Shown here one piece after another: positions 54,686-63,940 of a stretch of DNA of 64,000 bases (position 1 is its first letter; each line of letters starts with the position of its first letter). The notes beneath the pieces were generated by a model. It was not told where the DNA came from. It saw only the letters and a list, made by a program, of their open reading frames with translations, and searched no databases. The DNA is from an uncultured Alphaproteobacteria bacterium (GTDB taxonomy: Bacteria > Pseudomonadota > Alphaproteobacteria > Puniceispirillales > UBA1172): positions 25,544 to 89,543 of the forward strand of contig CALFYS010000117.1 in the NCBI GenBank assembly GCA_937952245.1, read 5' to 3'. Position numbers and translations under genes: made by a program.

Positions 54686-56233
54686 ATGAGCATTAATTTA
54701 AATAGACGTTCAGTATTGCAGACAGGTGCTGCGGCTGGTGTTCTTGCAGCAACCGGTATGCCTGCTGTTGCCGCGCCGAAACGTGGTGGTACGCTTCGAC
54801 TAGGTCTTAAAGGTGCGAATACATCTGACACTTGGGATGGTCGTACACACTCTGACAGTTTCATGATTAACATGGGGCATGGTTGTGTCTTTGAATGTTT
54901 GACCGAAGTTCAGTCAAACGGTGAATTGACAGGCGAATTGGCGGAAAGCTGGACGGCTTCTGCTGACGCGAAAGTCTGGACATTCAAACTGCGCAAAGGC
55001 GTTAAGTTCCACAATGGTAAAAGCTTTGGTGCTGATGATGTGATTGAATCACTCCAGATGCATACTGCTGAAGGCGCTAAGTCAGCGGCGAAGCCAATCG
55101 TTTCTGCCATCACTGATATGAAAAAGGTCAATAACCACGAAGTGCAACTGACCCTGAAGGCTGGTAACGCTGACTTCCCATATCTTCTGTCTGATTACCA
55201 TATCCAGATTTATCCTGCTGGCATGATCGATGAAGCGATCGCTAAAGGGATCGGTACTGGCCCTTATAAGGTTGTCAGCTTTGACCCAGGCGTACGTTGC
55301 GTTGTCACACGCGTTGATGATCACCATTTGGCTGATCGTGGCGGTTATTTTGACGGTATTGAAGCCATCGCGATTAACGATGATGCTGCCCGCACAAACG
55401 CCCTGATGACCGGTCAGGTTGATGCGATCAACAATATCGACAAAAAGACCATTCCGCTGGCGAAAGCCAACCCAATGGTCAGCATCGTTGAAGTGACTGG
55501 TAATATGCAATACACATTCCCAATGCTGACGAATGTTGAGCCATTTGGCGACGTTAATGTTCGTAAAGCGTTGAAATATGCTTGTGACCGTGACGAAATG
55601 GTGAAGAAGATTCTTCAAGGCCATGGTGCTGTTGGTAACGACAACCCCATTGGTCCTGCGAACCAGTATGTCAACACTGAAATGGAACAGCTGGCCTATG
55701 ATCCAGACAAGTCAAAGTTCTATTTGAAGAAGGCAGGTATGTCTTCATTGAACATTGATCTGTCTGCTTCTGACGGTGCTTTCAACGGTGCTGTTGATGC
55801 GGCGCAGTTGTACCAGAACTCAGCAAAAGCCGCTGGCATCAACATTAACGTTGTTCAGGAACCTGCCGATGGTTACTGGTCAAACGTTTGGTTGAAAAAG
55901 GGCTGGTGTGCATGTTACTGGTCAGGCCGTGCAACTGAAGATTGGATGTTCTCAACCGCTTATGAACGTGGTGTTCCATGGAACGACACCGGTTGGGATA
56001 ACGAACGCTTCCAGAATCTTCTTCTTGAAGCACGTGCTGAACTGGATTCAGGCAAGCGCCGTGAAATGTACGGTGAGATGCAGTCTCTTGTTTCACAAGA
56101 AGGTGCAACCATCATTCCAATGTTCGCCAATTACATTGACGCTCACTCAACAAAAGTAGCGCATAGTGGTGAAATTGGTAACCTTTGGATGCTTGATAAC
56201 TCACGTATCTGTAAGCGTTGGTGGATGGCCTAA
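54686..56233 (+). CDS. ABC transporter substrate-binding protein, family 5 (peptide/opine/nickel type)
   Basis: Tat-like signal (NRRSVLQTGAAAGVLAATGMPAVAAP) followed by GGTLRLGL, as in family 5 SBPs. 515 aa. Confidence 0.85.
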   Translation: MSINLNRRSVLQTGAAAGVLAATGMPAVAAPKRGGTLRLGLKGANTSDTWDGRTHSDSFMINMGHGCVFECLTEVQSNGELTGELAESWTASADAKVWTFKLRKGVKFHNGKSFGADDVIESLQMHTAEGAKSAAKPIVSAITDMKKVNNHEVQLTLKAGNADFPYLLSDYHIQIYPAGMIDEAIAKGIGTGPYKVVSFDPGVRCVVTRVDDHHLADRGGYFDGIEAIAINDDAARTNALMTGQVDAINNIDKKTIPLAKANPMVSIVEVTGNMQYTFPMLTNVEPFGDVNVRKALKYACDRDEMVKKILQGHGAVGNDNPIGPANQYVNTEMEQLAYDPDKSKFYLKKAGMSSLNIDLSASDGAFNGAVDAAQLYQNSAKAAGININVVQEPADGYWSNVWLKKGWCACYWSGRATEDWMFSTAYERGVPWNDTGWDNERFQNLLLEARAELDSGKRREMYGEMQSLVSQEGATIIPMFANYIDAHSTKVAHSGEIGNLWMLDNSRICKRWWMA

Positions 56234-56260
56234 TCCCTACGCTTTAAGGCAAGATATAGA

Positions 56261-56292
56261 GCATGGGCATCTTCGGATGCCCATGTTTTTTT
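56261..56292 (+). terminator. rho-independent terminator after the ABC operon
   Basis: CATGGGCATC-TTCG-GATGCCCATG is a perfect 10-bp stem with a TTCG loop, followed by TTTTTTT. Confidence 0.85.
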
Positions 56293-56324
56293 ATGCTCTC
56301 AATTAGGGGTTTTTGCTGAAAGGA

Positions 56325-57878
56325 TTAATCCAAGAAAATCTGATGATGGTCTCTGATCCATTGGTCAGCGGTGCTGGACAAGTAATCCGGATGATGATTG
56401 CCCAGAATATCGCGGGCTTTCTCCCTTGCCTGCGCCCAAGCATCTTTCGCCCCAAGCAGTGCCCAAGTATCAGGGTCATTGCGATCAGCAATCTCAGGGT
56501 AATAATAATCCCGCACCATGGCGTTGATGGTGTTATCGCCACCCAAGAAATGCCCTTCGCCGTAAACCGCCTCTTTGATGGCATCAATATTCAAGGTTTC
56601 ATCATTGATCTCAACGCCTTTGATGGCGCGGTGGACATGGCTTAACATTTCATTATCCAAGACGAAGGCTTCAAAAGACGCGCCCAAAAGGCTGGCCATC
56701 ATGCCGGAGGATTCATAGACCATATTCGCCCCCGCCAGACCAGCGGATAAGGCGGCGAGTGCCTTTTCCATCCCCATCTGGGCATCCACCGCTTTGGCAT
56801 CAGCCATAGAGGAAGCCACGCCGCCGGGCAAATCAAAGTAATTGGCAATCTGGCCAGAGGCGGCATTCATCACCGAGATTTCACCACCGCCGCCACAAAA
56901 TGCCCCCGTGCGGAGGTCAATCACCAAAGGCCAGTTGGAAAAAATCATGGGGTAGCCCGGGGCAATAACATTGACCAACATTAAACCCGCCAGCGTTTCG
57001 GCGGTGGTTTGCGCCAACATTCCCGCCAAAGGCGCGGGCGATGTCGCGCCGGATTGGGCAGCGATAATTGAGTTAATCGGAACGCCATGTTCAACACAAG
57101 CATAGGTGACATCCACCGCGTCTTCCCCATAGCGCATCGGCGAGATGACCGGGCTGATATGGGCTTTGCAGAACGGTCTTTTGCGATATTCACCCTCGCC
57201 GCCTAGGGCTTGGTCAAACATCGCGATAATCGGGGCGACATTTTCAGCCACCGTAAAGCTGGTGCCGACGTGCTTTGTGGTGCCGCGCAATAACGCGTAA
57301 GCGGTGTTAATATCAAGGTCACGAATATCAGGAACGTCAGTGGCGACACAACAACGGGTGAACCAGCTGACGTTTTCAAGCGTATCAATCAGGCGGGTGA
57401 AATCATAAAGATCACGCAAGGTCGAAGGCCGATAGATGCCGCTGTCAATATCAAGCGTCTGAACCGCCGCCCCGCCTGTGCCGAAAAAGACACGATCACC
57501 GCCGATTTCAAGATCATGTTTCGGGTCACGGCCATGCAACACAAATTGCCGTGCCGCGCCATCAATTACATCTTCGACCATGGCACGCGAATAACACAGC
57601 CGTCCTTTGTCATTGAGATAAGCGCCTTTTGATAGGGCTAAATCTTGAAAGCGTTTTGGGACATCCCCCATGCCCAATTCGGCCAGAAGCTGAAAGGCGG
57701 TATCGGTGATTTTTTTCAGCCCAGCATCATCAAGGGGTTTATACGCCCCGCCTCTTTGCCCCGGCGGACAAGGGTTGGGCATCTCCCCCGGGGTGGTGCG
57801 CAATTGCACTCGGGCTGAGCGCCCGCCGCTTCGGGTGTTTCGGGGTTTTGATGGGCGTTTTTCGGGTGAAATGCTCAT
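56325..57878 (-). CDS. trimethylamine methyltransferase (MttB) family protein, non-pyrrolysine type, paralog 2
   Basis: 517 aa and clearly paralogous to 32012-33565. Shared segments are GGAYKPLDD, DINTAYALLRGTTKHVGTSF, GATSPAPLAG and NEMLSHVHRAIKGVEINDETL. No in-frame TAG. Confidence 0.8.
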   Translation of the reverse strand: MSISPEKRPSKPRNTRSGGRSARVQLRTTPGEMPNPCPPGQRGGAYKPLDDAGLKKITDTAFQLLAELGMGDVPKRFQDLALSKGAYLNDKGRLCYSRAMVEDVIDGAARQFVLHGRDPKHDLEIGGDRVFFGTGGAAVQTLDIDSGIYRPSTLRDLYDFTRLIDTLENVSWFTRCCVATDVPDIRDLDINTAYALLRGTTKHVGTSFTVAENVAPIIAMFDQALGGEGEYRKRPFCKAHISPVISPMRYGEDAVDVTYACVEHGVPINSIIAAQSGATSPAPLAGMLAQTTAETLAGLMLVNVIAPGYPMIFSNWPLVIDLRTGAFCGGGGEISVMNAASGQIANYFDLPGGVASSMADAKAVDAQMGMEKALAALSAGLAGANMVYESSGMMASLLGASFEAFVLDNEMLSHVHRAIKGVEINDETLNIDAIKEAVYGEGHFLGGDNTINAMVRDYYYPEIADRNDPDTWALLGAKDAWAQAREKARDILGNHHPDYLSSTADQWIRDHHQIFLD

Positions 57879-57978
57879 GGATTAACCTATTCGTCACTGC
57901 CCAAAAACTATGGCTTAGCATGAAGACTTTCGCAAGGTGGTCTATGAAAAAGATGCACGCTTTTAGGCGGGTGCGAAT

Positions 57979-59499
57979 TTAAGGAATAAAGGACGGTCCA
58001 TTGGCGCCGAGACGGACACCTTTGCGGAGATGTTGAAACGGCGTATCGGCCAAACGGCAGGGGGTTAATCCATTGGCGGCGGCGTTGATCACAAAGGGGG
58101 CAATCGGATCAAAATCCGCCCTGTAATGCACGGTGCTTTTCACCACGATGATCCCCGCCTGTGATGGGTCTTGCCCAAGATGGGTGAAAATCGCTTGATC
58201 AAGGCATTGGCACCGTTGGCTTGATATTGCAATTTTAATGTCATGGCCATGGGGTTTGATCAGCGCCGATAGACCCGCGTCCGCATGAAACCCGCGATAC
58301 ATTTCGCCGCTGAAGGCAAATTGCCCATCGCTTAAAGCAAGGATTTCAAACCGGTGATGCAAAGGCGGATCCCCATCAAAGGCTTTTCCGCCCAGTGATG
58401 TTTCGATGATGCCGCCAACACCAGAGTGATGCGCCATCTCCGCAACCTCAGGGTCATTCATCATGCCGAGGATGACGTTTTCGGCACCTGAGGCCATCAG
58501 CGCGTGGAGAATCCCTGTTGTGTCCGATGAGCTGCCCGCGCCGGCGTTGTCTTCAACATCGGCAATGATCACCGGCGTGTTGGTGGCGGCATGGCTTGAG
58601 ATGGCGCGGGATACAGCCTCTTCAGGCGTGAATAAATGGGATTGAAAGCCGCGTTCCGCATCCAAGAGCGATTGGAACATCGCGTCCGCCATGCTTTCGG
58701 CTTGATCACGGCTTGCGGCTTGCGCCAAGACAGCAGGGCCAGCATCCGCAATATCAGCGGCGGGGAAGCCTGTTGCCAATTCACACCATGATGCGGGGGC
58801 GTCATCATGTGTTGCCAAATCCTGATAAAGACTGACCATAGGTTCTGCCCCTGAAAATTGATCGGGAAGCGCGATTAGATAGGGCGATTGCCGCCACGCC
58901 AAATATCGTTTTTGTCCGGCCAGCAATGGTTTTAACGCTTCAAAAGCACGTCCGCCTGTTTGCGCCATATCAAGATGGGGATAAGACCGGAAAATCGTGA
59001 TGCTGGAGGCGTGATCAACCATGGCTTGTGTCAGATTGGCGTGGGAATCAAGGCTGATGCTGATGGGAAGATCATTACCGATAATCTGGCGGATGCGGCG
59101 GAGCAATTCGCCTTCGCCATCATCAAAATCTTCGGTCACCATCGCGCCATGCAGATCAAGGTAAATGCCATCAAGTTGAGGGGTGTTGGTGATGCCATCC
59201 GTGATGATCCCTGCAATTTTTTCATAGGCATGGCGGGTGACATGGGCGCTGGGTTCAGCCGCGCACCAAATGATGGGGATCAATTCAACTGATGGGTCTT
59301 GGCTGGCGGCGGCAACAAATCCGGCCAAGGGAAGGGTTGTGCCTTTCGTACCTTTCAGAACGTCTTGGCCAAGCAATAACCCGGGCCATGAATCCGCCAT
59401 GACAAAGTCATCAAACTCTGCTTTTGTCGCGCCGAATGTATTGGTTTCATGCTGGAATCCAGCAATCAGAATTTTCTTTGGTGGCGATGCTGATTTCAT
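57979..59499 (-). CDS. M81 family metallopeptidase (MlrC-like, microcystinase C family)
   Basis: N-terminal KILIAGFQHETNTF and DGIYLDLHGAM are typical of MlrC/DUF1485. 506 aa. Confidence 0.75.
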   Translation of the reverse strand: MKSASPPKKILIAGFQHETNTFGATKAEFDDFVMADSWPGLLLGQDVLKGTKGTTLPLAGFVAAASQDPSVELIPIIWCAAEPSAHVTRHAYEKIAGIITDGITNTPQLDGIYLDLHGAMVTEDFDDGEGELLRRIRQIIGNDLPISISLDSHANLTQAMVDHASSITIFRSYPHLDMAQTGGRAFEALKPLLAGQKRYLAWRQSPYLIALPDQFSGAEPMVSLYQDLATHDDAPASWCELATGFPAADIADAGPAVLAQAASRDQAESMADAMFQSLLDAERGFQSHLFTPEEAVSRAISSHAATNTPVIIADVEDNAGAGSSSDTTGILHALMASGAENVILGMMNDPEVAEMAHHSGVGGIIETSLGGKAFDGDPPLHHRFEILALSDGQFAFSGEMYRGFHADAGLSALIKPHGHDIKIAISSQRCQCLDQAIFTHLGQDPSQAGIIVVKSTVHYRADFDPIAPFVINAAANGLTPCRLADTPFQHLRKGVRLGANGPSFIP

Positions 59500-59585
59500 G
59501 TTTGTGATCCGTGATAACCTATGATTAATATGAAGGACGAAGAATAAAGCATCAACACAACATCATATTTTTTTGGGGATGAAAA

Positions 59586-62009
59586 ATGCGGAAACAAGCA
59601 CGAGTTGTTGTAATCGGTGGCGGTATCGCGGGGTGTTCAACGCTCTACCATTTGACCCAAGAAGGGTGGACTGATGTGATGTTGGTGGAACGTGATGAGC
59701 TGACCTCAGGGTCAACCTGGCACGCCGCGGCGCAAGTCACCCAATTTGGCGGTAATCAGACCTTTGTGGCGTTGAAGCGTCATTCCATCAATCTTTATCG
59801 TGAACTGGCGGCTGATCCTGAATTTCCGATTAATTATCACATCACGGGCGGGATGCGGCTGGGCTATACCGACCGGCAGATGGATATTTATAAGCATTAT
59901 ATCGCCATGGCCAAAGGTGTTGGGGTGGATTTTGAGCTGATTGACGGTGAAGAAGCCGCCCGCCGCCATCCGTTGATGAAAGGCCAAGGGATTAAATGCG
60001 CTTGGTGGGATCCATTGGATGGCGATATTGACCCCAGCCAGTTGACCCAAGCGCTTGCCCGCCGCGCCCGTCAAGCGGGGGCGGAAGTCTCCCGTTTTAA
60101 CCCGGTGGAAGCCTTGACCCAGAAACCCAATGGCGAATGGATTGTCCATACTAAAAACGGCGACATCACCGCTGAAATTATCGTCAACGCCACGGGTTAT
60201 CGCGTCAATGAAGTGGGCAGTATGATGGGGGTGGAACATCCGGTCATTTCAATGGAGCATATGTATTTCCTGACCGATCCGATTAAAGAATTGGAAGAGA
60301 TGGATGAGCGGGTGCCGATTATCCGTGACCCCGGGGATGATTTCTATTCACGGCAGGAAAAGAAAGGCCTGTTGGTGGGGGTTTATGAACAAGGCTGTAA
60401 GACATTTGGCATGGATGGCATCGACCCTGATTTCACCATGGCGCTTTGCCCGAATGATCTGGATCGCTGTCTTGATAACATGGAGCGGATTTTTGAACGC
60501 CTGCCGGCCTTGACGGAAACAGGTATTCACACCGTGGTCAATGGCCCGATCACCTATTCCGCTGATGGCATGCCATTGGTGGGACCCATCCCCGGGCTGA
60601 CCAACGCTTACGCTTGCCTTGGTTTGCGGGCAGGGATTGGTGAAGGCGGCGGTCATGGTAAGATTTTGGCGGAAACAATTGTCCATGGCGAAAGCGAATG
60701 GGACGCGTGGTTCCTTGACCCGCGCCGCTTTACCCAACACGCCAACACGCGCTTTACCATGCTGAAGTCGATCGAAGATTATCAGATGGAATTCCATTAC
60801 CATGAACCCCATGAATACAGGCCAGCAGGGCGGTTGGCGCGCACCACGCCGCTGTATCCGGTGTTAAAAGACATGGGGGCGGAGTTCGGTGTTGTGAACG
60901 GATGGGAACGCGCCCTGTGCTTCCCGCCTGAAGGGTTCCATGATGAGCCGGGCTACCGATTTAACGCTGATCGTGAAGCGGTGATTAAAGCCGAAGTTGA
61001 GGCGGTTGCCCATGGCGTTGGCTTGATGGAAGTGTCGGGCTTCAGCCGTTTCAAATTAACCGGAGACGGTGTTGTTGATGCCGTGGATGGTTTGATCGCT
61101 GGGCGGATGCCGAAAAATGGCAAGGTGAGTTTGAGCTATCTGTTGACCGAAAAAGGCAATATCTTGAGCGAAGCCACGCTCGCGCGGCTCAATGATCAAG
61201 AGATTTGGTATGGCGCGGCGGCGGCGGCGGAATGGCATGACCGCGATTGGTTGCAACACCATTTGCCGCAAGAGATTACCATCGAAAATATGTCTCAATC
61301 GCATACGGTGTTGGTGATCGCCGGGCCGAAATCCCGTGCTGTCTTGGAACAGGCCGCTGGCCATGAAGATTGGTCCAATGAAGGCTTCCCGATTATGGGG
61401 GTCAAACCTGTGGTCATTGGCCATGCTGAAGCCATGGCCATGCGGATCAGTTATTCCGGAGAGATGGCGTGGGAATTGCATATCCCTAATGAACAATTAT
61501 ACCTGATGTGGACGACATTAATGACCGCGGGGCAGGATTTTGGCATCAAGCCTTTTGGTCTTTATGCCACGGAATCGATGCGGCTTGAAAAAGGCTATCG
61601 CCATTGGAAGGCTGATTTGATGGTGGAATTTAACCCTGCTGAATCCGCCCTTGATCGTTTCTATAAAAGGGATAAGGAAAACTACCTCGGCAAAGAAGGT
61701 TTTGAAAAGCAACTCCAGCAAGGTTTGCGGAAACGGTTTGTCACCATGGTGGTTGACGCGGATCATGCCCCCGCCCATGCCGGTGACCCTATCCATCACC
61801 AAGGGCGACAAATTGGCAGTGTGACATCCGGCGGCTATGGCCATAGGGTAGGGGCGAATATCGCTTACGGATTTATTGAGCCTGACATTGCTGATGACGC
61901 TGAATTATCCATCGGGATTTTGGCCGAAGATTGCCCTGCTAAGATCACGGTGGAAGCGCTTTATGATCCGCTGAATAAAAAGGTTAAAGGTGATCCTCAA
62001 TCTGCTTAA
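59586..62009 (+). CDS. GcvT-fused FAD-dependent oxidoreductase (dimethylglycine/sarcosine dehydrogenase family), paralog 3
   Basis: VVVIGGGIAGCSTLYHL and TSGSTWHAAA motifs plus a C-terminal aminomethyltransferase domain. 807 aa. By eye it is closest to paralog 1. Confidence 0.85.
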   Translation: MRKQARVVVIGGGIAGCSTLYHLTQEGWTDVMLVERDELTSGSTWHAAAQVTQFGGNQTFVALKRHSINLYRELAADPEFPINYHITGGMRLGYTDRQMDIYKHYIAMAKGVGVDFELIDGEEAARRHPLMKGQGIKCAWWDPLDGDIDPSQLTQALARRARQAGAEVSRFNPVEALTQKPNGEWIVHTKNGDITAEIIVNATGYRVNEVGSMMGVEHPVISMEHMYFLTDPIKELEEMDERVPIIRDPGDDFYSRQEKKGLLVGVYEQGCKTFGMDGIDPDFTMALCPNDLDRCLDNMERIFERLPALTETGIHTVVNGPITYSADGMPLVGPIPGLTNAYACLGLRAGIGEGGGHGKILAETIVHGESEWDAWFLDPRRFTQHANTRFTMLKSIEDYQMEFHYHEPHEYRPAGRLARTTPLYPVLKDMGAEFGVVNGWERALCFPPEGFHDEPGYRFNADREAVIKAEVEAVAHGVGLMEVSGFSRFKLTGDGVVDAVDGLIAGRMPKNGKVSLSYLLTEKGNILSEATLARLNDQEIWYGAAAAAEWHDRDWLQHHLPQEITIENMSQSHTVLVIAGPKSRAVLEQAAGHEDWSNEGFPIMGVKPVVIGHAEAMAMRISYSGEMAWELHIPNEQLYLMWTTLMTAGQDFGIKPFGLYATESMRLEKGYRHWKADLMVEFNPAESALDRFYKRDKENYLGKEGFEKQLQQGLRKRFVTMVVDADHAPAHAGDPIHHQGRQIGSVTSGGYGHRVGANIAYGFIEPDIADDAELSIGILAEDCPAKITVEALYDPLNKKVKGDPQSA

Positions 62010-62079
62010 ACGGCCTTAATTGGGATTGGCTCAATGATGGGCGGCTGTTCAGGGGAGATTGAGGTTTCAGAATCAGAAA

Positions 62080-62787
62080 ATGGATTTGATTGATTTTTTT
62101 AATCTCGCCATCAATGCCATCATCAGTGGTGAGCATGACCTTTTTGAAGTGGTCAACCTTTCCCTTTACGTCAGTTGTTCGGCGGTGGTGATCGCCAGCC
62201 TGATCGGCGTGCCTTTGGGGGGGTATCTGGCAACCTCACGGTTCAAGGGGCGGTCTGCTGTTATTATTCTGGTCAACGCGTTGATGGGCTTGCCGCCGGT
62301 GGTGGTGGGGCTGATGATTTATTTGCTGCTGTCGCGTTCGGGCCCATTTGGTGTTTTTGGCCTGCTTTATACCCCCACGGCCATGATCATTGCCCAAGCG
62401 GTGTTGATCACGCCGATTATCACCGCTTTAACGCGCCAGACGGTTGAACATCTTTCCCGTGATTATGATCAGCAATTGCAGCTCTTTGGCATTTCCCCCA
62501 TGAAGCGGATGATGACATTGATTGTTGATGGCAGGTTTGAATTGGTGACCGCGGTGCTGGCTGGTCTGGGGCGCGCTATGGCTGAAGTGGGGGCGGTGAT
62601 GATTGTCGGCGGCAATATCGACCATTTCACCCGGGTGATGACCACCACCATCACGCTGGAGACATCGCGGGGGAATTTGGCCTTGGCCTTGGCCTTGGGG
62701 ATGATTTTGATCGTCATGACCATCTTGATTAACGCCGCCATGGCAGGGCTGCGCTGGTGGGGAGAAAAGCGATATGGCCATGGTTGA
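62080..62787 (+). CDS. ABC transporter permease, tungstate/anion (TupB-like) family
   Basis: About 235 aa with 5-6 TM segments. The GLGRAMAEVGAVMIVGGNI motif resembles TupB-type permeases. Confidence 0.6.
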   Translation: MDLIDFFNLAINAIISGEHDLFEVVNLSLYVSCSAVVIASLIGVPLGGYLATSRFKGRSAVIILVNALMGLPPVVVGLMIYLLLSRSGPFGVFGLLYTPTAMIIAQAVLITPIITALTRQTVEHLSRDYDQQLQLFGISPMKRMMTLIVDGRFELVTAVLAGLGRAMAEVGAVMIVGGNIDHFTRVMTTTITLETSRGNLALALALGMILIVMTILINAAMAGLRWWGEKRYGHG

Positions 62788-63451
62788 TCAACGTTATATC
62801 ACCGCGTCCCTTGAAGACGCTTCAGTGTCCATCGCCGGAAAACAGGTGCTGAAAAACATCAGCATGACGGTTGATCAGGCTGAAATTGTTGTGGTGCTGG
62901 GTGAAAATGGCGCGGGGAAAAGCTCTCTGCTTTCGGCCATGGCGGGGTTATTGCCGCTTGATCAAGGCAAACGCCGCTTAACCGAAGCCGATGGCCAAGA
63001 TGCCGCCATCACCCGCGTGGGGTATGTCTTGCAAAAGCCTGTTTTGTTCCGCCGCAGTATCGCGGGCAATATCGACTATGCCATGGACGCGGCGGGGATT
63101 GACCAAAGGCTTTGGCCTGAATATCGCCGTGATGTGCTGAACCTGATGAACATCACCCAAGATGAACGCCGTTCGGCCTTTCATCTTTCCCAAGGCGAGC
63201 GGCAACGGCTGGCCGTGGCGCGGGTATTGGCCATGAAGCCCGGGATTTTAATGTTGGATGAAGCCAGCAATTCGCTTGATAAAACCACGGTGTCTTTATT
63301 GGAAAGCCATGTCAGGCATCTGGCCGACCAAGGCATGCCGGTGATTTGGGTCACCCATAGCCTTGAACAAGCCCGCCGCATCGCCGACCGGATTATTACA
63401 ATTCATGACGGTGAGATTACCAAAGATTGTAGGGTTGAGGCGTTTTTTTGA
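62774..63451 (+). CDS. ABC transporter ATP-binding protein (TupC-like)
   Basis: Walker A GENGAGKSS, signature LSQGERQRL and Walker B ILMLDEA. Overlaps the permease gene by 14 nt. Confidence 0.75.
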   Translation: MAMVDQRYITASLEDASVSIAGKQVLKNISMTVDQAEIVVVLGENGAGKSSLLSAMAGLLPLDQGKRRLTEADGQDAAITRVGYVLQKPVLFRRSIAGNIDYAMDAAGIDQRLWPEYRRDVLNLMNITQDERRSAFHLSQGERQRLAVARVLAMKPGILMLDEASNSLDKTTVSLLESHVRHLADQGMPVIWVTHSLEQARRIADRIITIHDGEITKDCRVEAFF

Positions 63452-63940
63452 TCAGGTGATGTGATCAATATCATCATCAGAAAGATTGCCCGGGACAATC
63501 GTGATCGGCACACGGCAGATCGACGCGCCTTTTGTCGTCATGTAATTGATCAAAGGCCCTGAATTTTCACCATCGGTGCTGGCGCCAAGAATCAACATGG
63601 TGATCTCACTGGCTTCGTTGATCAGATTGATCAATTCCACTTTTGGGTCGCCCTCCCGCAGATAGACCGCGGGGGTTTTGCCGGTGAGTTCATGGACATA
63701 TTCGCTGTTCACCCGCAATAAATCTTCGGCTTCGGTGCGGGCTTCTTCGCGCATCAATTCACCCACGCCGGCCCAATGCTGAAATTCTGCAGGGGGGATG
63801 CAATACATCAAAGCAATGTGACCATCAATGCTGGCGGCACGTTGGCAAGCGTAATAAAGCGCTTGATGCAGTTCTTCACTGTCATCAATAACGACAAGAA
63901 AAACACGAGGTGCTGATGCTTTTGTCTGCTTTTTAGCCAT
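63452..63940 (-). CDS. universal stress protein family protein
   Basis: 162 aa with a VFLVVIDDSEE N-terminal strand and an alpha/beta USP-like pattern. The C-terminal ILGAS...G....Y...GASICRVPITIV resembles the USP ATP-binding region. Confidence 0.6.
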   Translation of the reverse strand: MAKKQTKASAPRVFLVVIDDSEELHQALYYACQRAASIDGHIALMYCIPPAEFQHWAGVGELMREEARTEAEDLLRVNSEYVHELTGKTPAVYLREGDPKVELINLINEASEITMLILGASTDGENSGPLINYMTTKGASICRVPITIVPGNLSDDDIDHIT

